In this document: positions 44,937 through 52,593 of the stretch, one piece after another | How the letters are laid out: the number at the start of each line of letters is the position of its first letter | Position numbering within the stretch: the first letter of the stretch is position 1 | Source: a virus | Taxonomy: Duplodnaviria > Caudoviricetes | Length of the DNA stretch: 54,331 nucleotides | Direction: 5' to 3' (one strand) | IMG/VR virus record: IMGVR_UViG_3300049137_000055 | Span: 1 to 54,331 of that record | Program-made: the position numbers and the translations under genes | The notes under the pieces: generated by a model | The model's input: only the letters and a program-made list of their open reading frames with translations | Database searches by the model: none | Told to the model about the DNA's origin: nothing

Positions 44937-45976
44937 ACGAAGTTATCATCACGACGCTGGCGACCGAACTTGTGTTAAGCGAGGCGGGCGCTTCGTTTGA
45001 ACTGGTCATAGAAACACCCATCATTGAAACGCTCGAAATCATCGAACAAGGACCGCAAGGACCGCCGGGGACAGGCGGAACCGGCGGCGAAGGCAGCGGC
45101 GCGGACGGTCTGTCGGCGTATCAGGTCGCTACGAAAAACGGCTTCGTCGGGACGGAAACGCAATGGCTGGCCAGCCTGAAGGGCGCGAAAGGCGACAAAG
45201 GCGACACTGGCGCGACCGGACTGAAAGGCGACACTGGACAGCAAGGTCCCCAAGGCTTGCCGGGTCCGAAGGGAGATCCCGGCGCGACCGGCGAGCGCGG
45301 CTTACAGGGCGAACAAGGCATCCAAGGCGAAGCGGGACCGCAAGGCTTGCCGGGCGTCAAAGGCGATCCAGGCGAAGCGGGTCCGCAAGGCTTGAAGGGC
45401 GATCCTGGCGAACCCGGCGCAACCGGGGCCAAAGGCGACCAAGGCTTGCCGGGACCAAAAGGCGACACTGGCGCAACCGGCGAAGTCGGACCCGCCGGAG
45501 CTAAGGGCGACCCTGGCGCGACAGGTCCGAAGGGCGACACCGGGGACGTTGGACCGCAGGGATTGAAAGGCGACACCGGAGCGACCGGACCAAAGGGCGA
45601 CAAGGGCGACAAGGGCGACCAAGGCGAACCCGGCGCGCCTGGCACAACGCGATATGACATGAGCCTATATGTCGGCGGCAAGCCCGGCGCGAGCGAACGG
45701 CTTCTGTTGCACGTCGCCGTCACGGCGTTTTCCCTGCCGGCGAACCTGACCGGAAGCCGCGGATTCGCGGGCGTCGCACCAACGGCTTCCGTCGTGCTGT
45801 CGCTCCGGAAAAACGGGACGCAATTCGGGACGGCGACCTTCGCGGCGAGTCAGACGGTCGCCACATGGGCGGGAACAGCGACAGCCTTCGCCATCGGCGA
45901 CCGGCTGGAAATCGTCGCTCCAGCACAGGACGCGACCTTCGCGGATCTTGCGCTAACACTTGTCGCGACAAGGTAG
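44933..45976 (+). CDS. Collagen-like fibre protein
   Basis: About 52 uninterrupted Gly-X-Y triplets; SAYQVA..NGFVGTE.QWLASL; beta-rich C-terminal domain. Confidence 0.88.
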   Translation: MNEVIITTLATELVLSEAGASFELVIETPIIETLEIIEQGPQGPPGTGGTGGEGSGADGLSAYQVATKNGFVGTETQWLASLKGAKGDKGDTGATGLKGDTGQQGPQGLPGPKGDPGATGERGLQGEQGIQGEAGPQGLPGVKGDPGEAGPQGLKGDPGEPGATGAKGDQGLPGPKGDTGATGEVGPAGAKGDPGATGPKGDTGDVGPQGLKGDTGATGPKGDKGDKGDQGEPGAPGTTRYDMSLYVGGKPGASERLLLHVAVTAFSLPANLTGSRGFAGVAPTASVVLSLRKNGTQFGTATFAASQTVATWAGTATAFAIGDRLEIVAPAQDATFADLALTLVATR

Positions 45977-45980
45977 CGCC

Positions 45981-46553
45981 ATGACAACTTGGAGCAACAC
46001 CGACAAGTCTTCCCTTCTCACTGTATCGGGCAACACGGCGACGCATACCGGAGGGGGGAACAGTTACGGGGCGGTCCGGTCTTCCACGTCCAAGACGGCG
46101 GGGAAATGGGTTTATCGAGCCGTTCCACTTGTCAGCAATCCGGTTGAAGTCGGCGCGGGCTTCGGCATTGCAACCAGCAATCTAAACAACTGGATAGGGG
46201 CGGACGGATCTTCTGTCGGCGCTATCCTTGACGGAGCTGTCTGGACGAATGGCAATCCAGGGCCAGTTTGGGACAACACGCCGCCCGCGTCCGGGCTCTT
46301 CCTGGCCATTGATGCAGACGCGAATCCTCGCACCGTCCGCTTCTCTGAAACCGGAAGCGCTTGGTCGTCGCCGGTCAGCGTCGCCGGCATGACGGGCGCG
46401 GTTTTCGCGATGGCGAGCACCTACGCGGCGAACGACAGTTGGACGGCTGACTTCAATCCGGGCGGCTGGACATTGGCCGGCTATTCCGCATGGGACGCGG
46501 GCGAACCTTCGACGCCGGTCATTCGCCGCCGTGTCTTCTTCGTGGCGGGCTGA
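45981..46553 (+). CDS. SPRY/concanavalin-like putative receptor-binding protein
   Basis: TW...DKSS.LT.S......, VRS..SK.AGKW.Y, G.GIA pattern. Confidence 0.65.
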   Translation: MTTWSNTDKSSLLTVSGNTATHTGGGNSYGAVRSSTSKTAGKWVYRAVPLVSNPVEVGAGFGIATSNLNNWIGADGSSVGAILDGAVWTNGNPGPVWDNTPPASGLFLAIDADANPRTVRFSETGSAWSSPVSVAGMTGAVFAMASTYAANDSWTADFNPGGWTLAGYSAWDAGEPSTPVIRRRVFFVAG

Positions 46554-46562
46554 TAGCGCAAC

Positions 46563-46591
46563 AAAAAACCCGCCAGCGACGGCGGGTCTTT
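46563..46591. terminator. Bidirectional terminator between convergent units
   Basis: AAAAA-ACCCGCC/GGCGGGT-CTTT. Confidence 0.8.
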
Positions 46592-46664
46592 CGTGTGGGC
46601 TGGCGCTGGCGGCGGGGCATTGACGCCAGCGACCGGATGACATTGGCCGGATAGGCTGGCCGGG

Positions 46665-47021
46665 TCAAGCGCCGCCATGATGGTTCACGAATTCGGCTTC
46701 CGTACTCCAGGCCACGTCGCGGTCACGGCGGACGGTCGCGGGATCGTATAGGCCAAGCCGTTCGGCAATCTGAAGCATCTGATTCCCGAACGGCGCGGCG
46801 GCTTCAATCAACAAGATTGCGCCGACGCACATGGAATGACCTTCCGGTCGGACCCGACGATGACCCTTGTTCGCCGGATAGACCGTCTTATGACACGCGA
46901 ACGTCCGGTCTTCGTGAAGGACCGCGCTGGCTATCTCTTCAGCGCGACCCTTCGTCAGATACGGATGCACGTCGCGCCGGAAGGGACATTCGGCGCAAGG
47001 CGTCTTTAAGTTGAACTTCAC
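46665..47021 (-). CDS. Cys/His-rich phage protein (PCxxCPFR...F.CH...C.G)
   Basis: GTG start coupled (GTGA) with RBS GAGG. Confidence 0.7.
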   Translation of the reverse strand: MKFNLKTPCAECPFRRDVHPYLTKGRAEEIASAVLHEDRTFACHKTVYPANKGHRRVRPEGHSMCVGAILLIEAAAPFGNQMLQIAERLGLYDPATVRRDRDVAWSTEAEFVNHHGGA

Positions 47022-47290
47022 GACTTCTTCGCCCGCTCTTCCAGCATGGCGTCCGCAGCCATATATGCGGCTTGCGCGAATTCCGCGAAGGTCATTCCAT
47101 TGGCTTCGCCTTTCGACGTCGCCAGTCCGGCCATGACCTGTCCGGCGAAATAGTCGCGAAGGGTCATTCCCGTCATGTGATGTGTCCAGGCAGGCGGAAC
47201 GACCTGTCCGTCCGGCGCGGTCGCGTTGCGGTCGCCGTCGTTCGTCCAGCTTGCGGGGAAGGCGGGCGGGTTGTTTCTGTTCGTCATCAC
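47018..47290 (-). CDS. Conserved phage hypothetical protein
   Basis: PAFP...GMTLRDYFAGQ...AY..ADAML.ER. Confidence 0.8.
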   Translation of the reverse strand: MMTNRNNPPAFPASWTNDGDRNATAPDGQVVPPAWTHHMTGMTLRDYFAGQVMAGLATSKGEANGMTFAEFAQAAYMAADAMLEERAKKS

Positions 47291-47565
47291 AGCTCACCTT
47301 TCGCGCGCGCCGCCCGGATCACGTCTCCATATTTTTCAATCCGCCCGCTGTCCAAGGTCCAGCGCGACACATAGTAGAATTCGCCATCGTCCACGAGTCG
47401 TTCTTCCCAGGGATCTGACCGGCGTTCGCCTTGTTCCGTGAAACGCGGGAGGGTCAGCGTCACGGTCCGCAGGAAGCCGCCGCCCGGCTGTCCCCATGTC
47501 CGCGACTGTTCTTCGCGGTCAGGGATTGTTACCGTGATTGTGTCCTGGTCTGTTACTGTTGCCAT
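47287..47565 (-). CDS. Hypothetical protein
   Basis: Start MATV follows AAGGCTCGAA motif. Confidence 0.7.
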   Translation of the reverse strand: MATVTDQDTITVTIPDREEQSRTWGQPGGGFLRTVTLTLPRFTEQGERRSDPWEERLVDDGEFYYVSRWTLDSGRIEKYGDVIRAARAKGEL

Positions 47566-47569
47566 AGGT

Positions 47570-47579
47570 TTCGAGCCTT
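47570..47579 (-). promoter_or_regulatory. AAGGCTCGAA start-associated motif
   Basis: TGAAAGGCTCGAAACCT-ATG(47565). Confidence 0.8.
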
Positions 47580-47660
47580 TCACATTCCGGGTCGTCCCGG
47601 CTTCAACTCCAGACGTCCGGAGCTGAAGGCGAGAGGCGGACCGAAGTCCGCCGCCGGTCG

Positions 47661-47990
47661 TCATTCTTCCGACTTGCCGTTCAACTCTTCCTTCAGATAG
47701 TCCCGGACGAACTTTAGTGGCCACATGCGAGACTTGTTCTTCCTGAAAGCCTGTTCCGCTCTAGCGATGGCGTTTTCGTAGGCCGTCGCTCTATCGACCG
47801 GAGCAACCGCCGGACCGCGCGTCGCATTGTCGGCAGCAATCCAAAACGCCTTCAGTTGGCGTTCCAACTCTTCAAGCCCGGACTGCAATTCCGGGACATG
47901 GTCGCGCGCCACAAGGGCGGCGTTCTGGACGCTGAGATGGGCGGAGCCGACAAGGTCGGCGATATACTTGGCTTCTTTCGGGTCGGTCAT
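47661..47990 (-). CDS. Hypothetical protein
   Basis: 109 aa; motif directly before ATG. Confidence 0.7.
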   Translation of the reverse strand: MTDPKEAKYIADLVGSAHLSVQNAALVARDHVPELQSGLEELERQLKAFWIAADNATRGPAVAPVDRATAYENAIARAEQAFRKNKSRMWPLKFVRDYLKEELNGKSEE

Positions 47991-48000
47991 TTCGAGCCTT
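47991..48000 (-). promoter_or_regulatory. AAGGCTCGAA start-associated motif
   Basis: CTGAAAGGCTCGAA-ATG(47990). Confidence 0.8.
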
Positions 48001-48041
48001 TCAGGTTAGGGGAGGGGAGCCGGCGAACCGGGTCCAGGTCG

Positions 48042-48290
48042 TCAGGACAGCTTCGCCAGCGCGGCGGTCGCGGCGTCAGCCATGACCTTGTCGTCCCATG
48101 GGAAGAAGGTCCAGCCGCCGCTGTCCAGCATGAAGCGGTCCGACCCGTCAATGTTCTTGACCGTCGTGTAAGTCTTCGGGTTGAAGCCGGAGCGCGGCCA
48201 CTCCGGAGCGAAGACCGCCAGACGGGTCCGGCCATCGTCGGTCCGGGACGCCGTCACTTCCAAGCCGTCGTTGTTGAATTTGTAAGCCAT
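48042..48290 (-). CDS. Hypothetical protein
   Basis: Start MAYK follows motif. Confidence 0.7.
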   Translation of the reverse strand: MAYKFNNDGLEVTASRTDDGRTRLAVFAPEWPRSGFNPKTYTTVKNIDGSDRFMLDSGGWTFFPWDDKVMADAATAALAKLS

Positions 48291-48293
48291 CGT

Positions 48294-48303
48294 TTCGAGC
48301 CTT
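48294..48303 (-). promoter_or_regulatory. AAGGCTCGAA start-associated motif
   Basis: CTGAAAGGCTCGAAACG-ATG(48290). Confidence 0.8.
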
Positions 48304-48494
48304 TCAGTCTGGCGGGTCAATCCCGCTTGCAAGTTGAAAGTATCATGGCCAGCGGGATCGTCAAGCGGGTTTTTCCTTCGCCCGCGTCCGCGCCCGCGCG
48401 AGGGACAAATTCCGGGCTGTTTCGAGCCGTTCAGGTCGTTGACAGTTTGTCACCAAGGGGACAAATTGTTTTTCCCCATGGGGACAAATTCAAT

Positions 48495-48504
48495 AAGGCT
48501 CGAA
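48495..48504 (+). promoter_or_regulatory. AAGGCTCGAA start-associated motif
   Basis: AAGGCTCGAAACCATC-ATG(48511). Confidence 0.8.
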
Positions 48505-48510
48505 ACCATC

Positions 48511-48819
48511 ATGCAAGCGAAGAAGATCGGAAGACCGTTGTCTGACACGACGCGGGAAGTTCTGGAGCTGTTGCGCCAGTATTGGAGAGAACGCGCCGAC
48601 CCGGCGTCAATGGGTCCGGAAGGTTTCGTCAAGAGTTCTGAATTTTATGACTTCCTTCATCGTCACTATAACTGTCAGCGGTCGCGGAAAGCGCTGTTCC
48701 TCGAAAAACCGCATCTGAACAGCGCCATGAAGACGCTTCGCCGCCGGGACGTCATCCTGGAAACAACTGGCGAAGACGGCGAAACCCGGCTGGTCCGGCC
48801 ATGTGGCGTCCTGGACTGA
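48511..48819 (+). CDS. Putative winged-helix DNA-binding protein embedded in repeat cluster
   Basis: 102 aa; LS.....VLELL...AMKTL..RDVI......LV pattern; TTGACA at 48439. Confidence 0.6.
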   Translation: MQAKKIGRPLSDTTREVLELLRQYWRERADPASMGPEGFVKSSEFYDFLHRHYNCQRSRKALFLEKPHLNSAMKTLRRRDVILETTGEDGETRLVRPCGVLD

Positions 48820-49190
48820 CTTTGTCCTTTGCGCGCGAGGGACAAAGTCAAATGTCCTTCGCGCGAGGGACAAATTCCAAGCCATTGAAATCCCGACACA
48901 ATCAAGGAACGTTTGTCCCTCATGCGCGCGAGGTTTAAACATCGCCCGCGCGCGGCCACGCACACGCCCGCGTTTACTCCACGCGTAGTAGTAGGGTTTT
49001 TCCCCTTCGGGAAAAAACAACCTACTACTTCGCTACTGTGTCGGTTGGAGAGTTCTCTAGGTCACTTCGCTGGATGGTTCATCAGCCGTTCGTCTATCGC
49101 GCTTGGGGCGCGACGAACGACCGCTGAACCGACGTTGGCGCTTGACGATTGCGATTCGAAAGCGCATCTTGCGACGTGAAAGGAAGACCA

Positions 49191-49433
49191 ATGACCTTCA
49201 ATCTTGCTCCAAAGACCCTTCCGCGTCGGCGACGTCCCGTTGGCGGCTTCTTCATGGACCTTGTCCGGTCGGCTATGGGCGAAGTAACGACCATCTTTGT
49301 CCCCTACTTCCCGGACGGAGCCAAAGACCTGTCGGCGCGGACCCTGGCGCTGTCCAGCGTCAGCCAGCGGACGGTGGTCGAAAGCGAGCGGCAGAAGATT
49401 CGCCGCTTCCATGACGCCAAGGGCCGGTCATGA
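49191..49433 (+). CDS. Hypothetical protein
   Basis: RBS AAAGGA. Confidence 0.65.
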   Translation: MTFNLAPKTLPRRRRPVGGFFMDLVRSAMGEVTTIFVPYFPDGAKDLSARTLALSSVSQRTVVESERQKIRRFHDAKGRS

Positions 49434-49624
49434 GGGCCATCGTCATCGTCTGTCTGGTCGCCGTCATGGCAATCCTGGCGGCTGTCCTTTGGGACGTCGC
49501 CGGATGGCCAGCCTTGGCGTTCGTTCCGTCGCTAATCGCCGTCATCATGGTCGGATCAGCCCTAATCGTCGGAGCTAGAGCCGACGCTAGGGCTGAAAAT
49601 CCGGCCACTGACGGCGATTCATAG
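49430..49624 (+). CDS. Small two-TM membrane protein
   Basis: Two hydrophobic helices; ATGA-coupled. Confidence 0.65.
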   Translation: MRAIVIVCLVAVMAILAAVLWDVAGWPALAFVPSLIAVIMVGSALIVGARADARAENPATDGDS

Positions 49625-49681
49625 GCTTCCGGGTATCCAACTAGCCGCCGACCCTTAAACGGGCGTCAGCGGTCAAAATTC

Positions 49682-49691
49682 AAGGCTCGAA
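49682..49691 (+). promoter_or_regulatory. AAGGCTCGAA start-associated motif
   Basis: AAGGCTCGAAAC-TTG(49694). Confidence 0.75.
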
Positions 49692-49693
49692 AC

Positions 49694-49813
49694 TTGAACA
49701 CCAACATTCCGCCGAAACCGTCGGCGCTTTGGACGCTCCTGGCATGGTCCGGCGTTGTCCTTCTGGTCGCCGCCTGGACCATCATTCTTCTGGAGTTCCC
49801 GCCGTGGAAATGA
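49694..49813 (+). CDS. 39-aa single-TM protein (absent from ORF track)
   Basis: TTG start after motif; LWTLLAWSGVVLLVAAWTIILL; ATGA overlap with next gene. Confidence 0.6.
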   Translation: MNTNIPPKPSALWTLLAWSGVVLLVAAWTIILLEFPPWK

Positions 49814-50436
49814 AACTGGACCTGGATCACTGGAAGGCCATCGCGGACGACCTGTTCGCATCCGCCGACCAAGTCCCGTTCGCGCTGTCGCAAGCCATGA
49901 ACACGGCGGCGTTTGAAACGCGAACCTACCTGATCGAAATGACCTGGCCAGCTCACGTCGAGGTCAGAAACCCTAACTTCATCCGCCAGCTAAACGTTGA
50001 TCGCGCCAACAAAGGCGGACTGACCGTCGTCATTCATGACCGTCGCACCAAAGGCCGCGCGCACCTGTCCCTTCACGACACTGGCGGAACTAAAGGCGCG
50101 GAAGGTCGTCTGGCCATCCCGCCTTCCGGGTCGGAAGCCGACGCCGCAAGAGGCGCGAAAGGCGTCCCGCGCAACCTTCGGCCTAAAGCCATCATCGCCG
50201 CGACACCGTCCCGCGCGCTTCGCATCACTCCGCAGGGAATTTTCATCGGTCGCGGCGGGCGGCTGCATATGGCGTACAACTTCCAGCCGAACGCGCAACA
50301 GCCGGCGGACGTCCCGTTCGGCGAAGACTTCGTCCAGGTCATGGGCGAAGCCATGGAACGCCTGTTCCCGGCGGCTATCGGAAACGCCATGCGGTCCAGA
50401 CGGTCGAAGCGTTCAAACGGAAGCTGGAGAGGATGA
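49810..50436 (+). CDS. Lambda gpZ-like tail completion/neck protein, displaced upstream of cos
   Basis: QVPFA.S.A.N..AF, L..H..GG.K, F..A...A pattern. Confidence 0.6.
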   Translation: MKLDLDHWKAIADDLFASADQVPFALSQAMNTAAFETRTYLIEMTWPAHVEVRNPNFIRQLNVDRANKGGLTVVIHDRRTKGRAHLSLHDTGGTKGAEGRLAIPPSGSEADAARGAKGVPRNLRPKAIIAATPSRALRITPQGIFIGRGGRLHMAYNFQPNAQQPADVPFGEDFVQVMGEAMERLFPAAIGNAMRSRRSKRSNGSWRG

Positions 50437-50699
50437 CCATGAGGCTACAGACCGCTATCCAAACCGCGCTGGTCACAGCCGGGAAGACCGAAGCCCGCAT
50501 CCAGAAAGACCGCCTTCGTGAAATCGGTCACGAACTGGAGCGACAGAAGAAAACCCTTCAGGCCATCGGCGAAGTCGCCAACCTTCTGAAGACCATGAAG
50601 GGACGCGGAACGGTCAACGTCCCGCTGTCCTACACCATCGAACGCCTGGAAGAAGCGATGAACGATCCGGCGTCAGTTCTCGAAAGGAAGGACCAATGA
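50433..50699 (+). CDS. Hypothetical protein
   Basis: Coupled; ends ERKDQ. Confidence 0.65.
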   Translation: MTMRLQTAIQTALVTAGKTEARIQKDRLREIGHELERQKKTLQAIGEVANLLKTMKGRGTVNVPLSYTIERLEEAMNDPASVLERKDQ

Positions 50700-50941
50700 C
50701 CGTCATCTGGTCGGAAGTCGTCGTCCCGTCCGACGTCCTGGAAGACGATGACGAACCGGCGAAACTCCATCAGCAATGTTGGATTGACGGCGCGCTTTGG
50801 GGCGAAGTCATCCGCTTTTATGACGACGCGCCAACATACGCTTACGCGGGCGGCGAACGCATAGGAGCAATCGAAAGCGATGACGCCGCACGGAAGGCTG
50901 TCGTTAAGTCCCATCCCTATTACGAAAGGAAGGACCAATGA
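50681..50941 (+). repeat. 19-bp direct repeat CGAAAGGAAGGACCAATGA at gene junctions (50681-50699, 50923-50941)
   Basis: Exact match; includes RBS, stop and start. Confidence 0.9.
50696..50941 (+). CDS. Hypothetical protein
   Basis: Coupled; ends ERKDQ. Confidence 0.65.
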   Translation: MTVIWSEVVVPSDVLEDDDEPAKLHQQCWIDGALWGEVIRFYDDAPTYAYAGGERIGAIESDDAARKAVVKSHPYYERKDQ

Positions 50942-51162
50942 TGAACGTCATTGACCAACGCATGGTTAAGACGCCGACAGGCGAAGACTACCTGGAAGCG
51001 TCTATCATCGAAATGCCTGGACGTCGGCGTCCTGTCCTGAAGATCGAGCCGGTTCACAACGTTCCGCTTCGACCCATCCACTTCGACGCTGGCGCTTGCC
51101 GCGAGCTGTCGAAGGCGCTGGCTGAACTGGCTGACGTGATGGACGAAAGGGGAGGGCGATGA
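50938..51162 (+). CDS. Hypothetical protein
   Basis: Coupled; C-terminal RELSKAL.ELAD. Confidence 0.65.
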   Translation: MMNVIDQRMVKTPTGEDYLEASIIEMPGRRRPVLKIEPVHNVPLRPIHFDAGACRELSKALAELADVMDERGGR

Positions 51163-51326
51163 CGGTTCGTCCGTTGGATCGCGCTGACGTCCTGGAGGAA
51201 ATCAGACGAATTCGGTTGCTTCTTCCAATGCGCCTTCCGCGTGAAGTTCGGACAGACCTGAAGCGCGACCTTCGGGCTTGCCAATGGGCGCTTAAGGCTA
51301 TCCGGAAGGAACGTCATGTCCGTTGA
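51159..51326 (+). CDS. Hypothetical 55-aa basic protein (absent from ORF track)
   Basis: RBS GGAGG, ATGA overlap; MTVRPLDRADVLEEIRRIRLLL... Confidence 0.55.
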   Translation: MTVRPLDRADVLEEIRRIRLLLPMRLPREVRTDLKRDLRACQWALKAIRKERHVR

Positions 51327-51756
51327 CCGTCTGAAGATCGCGGCGGAGATCCTGGACCAACTGCTGTCGCTTGGATGGGAACCAACAGACGAACAGGTCA
51401 GACGAATGACCAAGGTCGTCCTGGCCGGCGGACCATCAGGCGGATCGTCCGGACCATCGGCGAAGGCACAAGGGCGGAAGGACAGGCCAGTGAACGTTCG
51501 CCGCACCGCCGAAGTAAGTCCAGAGTTGGCAGTCTCGCATGTGCGAAGTACGTATAGCCCAACGCGCAACGACGTTGCACCTTGCAGGAATGCAAATGAA
51601 GGCGCGTTACATCGTGACGAAACGGCGGGTCCTTTGACTGCCGCCGGGGCTATGCGGGGAACGCGCGAGTCCGGTCCTTCGGAAGCTGCCAGCCCGTCCC
51701 TAGACCCGCTCCTGAATTTGCAATCTTGCAAGTTCGCAAAGATCGGCGCTTTATAA
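51316..51756 (+). CDS. Hypothetical protein; 3' half runs through cos and may be non-functional
   Basis: RBS AAGGA; plausible N-terminal 45 aa, atypical codons afterwards. Confidence 0.4.
   Translation: MSVDRLKIAAEILDQLLSLGWEPTDEQVRRMTKVVLAGGPSGGSSGPSAKAQGRKDRPVNVRRTAEVSPELAVSHVRSTYSPTRNDVAPCRNANEGALHRDETAGPLTAAGAMRGTRESGPSEAASPSLDPLLNLQSCKFAKIGAL
51626..51670 (+). other. Lambda-type cos site (cosQ + cosN); predicted 12-nt cohesive end GGGAACGCGCGA (51657-51668)
   Basis: CGGGTCCTTT matches lambda cosQ context; GGG-starting 12-mer begins 23 nt after GGGTCCT, the lambda spacing; GpA-type terminase. Confidence 0.7.
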
Positions 51757-51768
51757 CTTCGTTATAAG
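51718..51768 (+). promoter_or_regulatory. TTGCAA repeats and AT-rich palindrome (promoter/operator or cosB)
   Basis: TTGCAATCTTGCAAG; TTATAAC-TTC-GTTATAA. Confidence 0.5.
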
Positions 51769-51823
51769 GTTCCGCGAATGACCCGCCGTCCGACCGGGTC
51801 CAGGTTGTGTCGGACAGAACTGA

Positions 51824-51833
51824 AAGGCTCGAA
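51824..51833 (+). promoter_or_regulatory. AAGGCTCGAA start-associated motif
   Basis: CTGAAAGGCTCGAAAC-ATG(51836). Confidence 0.8.
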
Positions 51834-51835
51834 AC

Positions 51836-52360
51836 ATGGAACGTCTAAGGATTGAAACGAAAGCGGCTGACGTCGAAGTCGGCAAGAGTTGGAATGACCC
51901 GTCCGGCGTTGGAATCGGAATGGGCTTAAGCGGGGTTGAGGTCATGGCCGACCTAACGCCAGACCAAGCGCGCCAGCTTGCCGCCCGTCTGGTCGAAGAG
52001 GCGGACCGGATCGCGCCGAATGTGCGCGGGCTGCTGAATGCCGAAGCCCGCGCGGAATACGTTTACAAGGTGGACGAAGCCGGGCGGATTCTGTCCGTCG
52101 AGAAAGCGAAGGACCCGTCCATGGCGCAACCGCCGGGCGAAGCCTTCCAGGCGCGGGTCCCTGGCAGCGTCGCCGACGCGGATGGCAATATCTGGCTGTC
52201 GCACGATACGAAGGCAAGCAAGGGACGCCTTCGCGTCAGCGGTAAACAGGCGGCGATTGCGATAGACCCGGCGAATGGTTGGGGCTGGCGGATCGTTGGT
52301 CGGACCGGGTTTATTCGGGACGGACAGTTCGCGCCGTCTGTTGAGATTGAAAGGGACTGA
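51836..52360 (+). CDS. Hypothetical protein, first gene right of cos
   Basis: LTPDQARQLAARL...AD motif. Confidence 0.7.
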   Translation: MERLRIETKAADVEVGKSWNDPSGVGIGMGLSGVEVMADLTPDQARQLAARLVEEADRIAPNVRGLLNAEARAEYVYKVDEAGRILSVEKAKDPSMAQPPGEAFQARVPGSVADADGNIWLSHDTKASKGRLRVSGKQAAIAIDPANGWGWRIVGRTGFIRDGQFAPSVEIERD

Positions 52361-52364
52361 CGCC

Positions 52365-52589
52365 GTGACCAAGCCGAACACAAACGCAAGGGCGCGCGTC
52401 ACGGTCACGATGGAAGTTGACGTGTCGGACAGTTGGGGGCCGGACTGTTCCATCGCACAAGTTCACCGGCAAGCGTCGGAAGCCGCCATCGGCATGATCC
52501 GGAACAGCCTTGTTCGGGAGCATCCGCAACGCGTCCGCATCCTGGACGCTGTTCCGACCGCCATCCTGACCGAACCGAAGAAGGGCTGA
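52365..52589 (+). CDS. Hypothetical protein
   Basis: GTG start, RBS AAGGGA; WG.DC...QV..QA. Confidence 0.65.
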   Translation: MTKPNTNARARVTVTMEVDVSDSWGPDCSIAQVHRQASEAAIGMIRNSLVREHPQRVRILDAVPTAILTEPKKG

Positions 52590-52593
52590 AACC

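Larger units (their letters stand above)
48395..49033. repeat. GGGACAAA iteron/palindrome cluster with long hairpin (candidate origin)
   Basis: 19-mer CGCGCGAGGGACAAATTCC at 48395 and 48860; inverted pairs at 48447-48465, 48469-48488, 48817-48850; hairpin 48983-49033. Confidence 0.8.

Noticed and set aside
45180-45645. Tandem DNA repeats as CRISPR or DGR
   Set aside because: They encode collagen Gly-X-Y triplets; no spacers, cas genes or reverse transcriptase anywhere
48027-48039. 13-mer ACCGGGTCCAGGT repeated at 51793-51805 near motif genes
   Set aside because: Opposite orientation relative to the downstream genes and only two copies; plausibly chance
51472-51695. RNase P, 6S, tmRNA or cobalamin riboswitch identity for the stem-rich region
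   Set aside because: Conserved boxes are absent (only a partial AAGTCC); kept only as an unassigned candidate
51753-51766. ATAACTTCGTTATA resembles a loxP arm
   Set aside because: One extra base, no second arm at 8-bp spacing, no Cre-like recombinase; explained by a local TTATAAC palindrome
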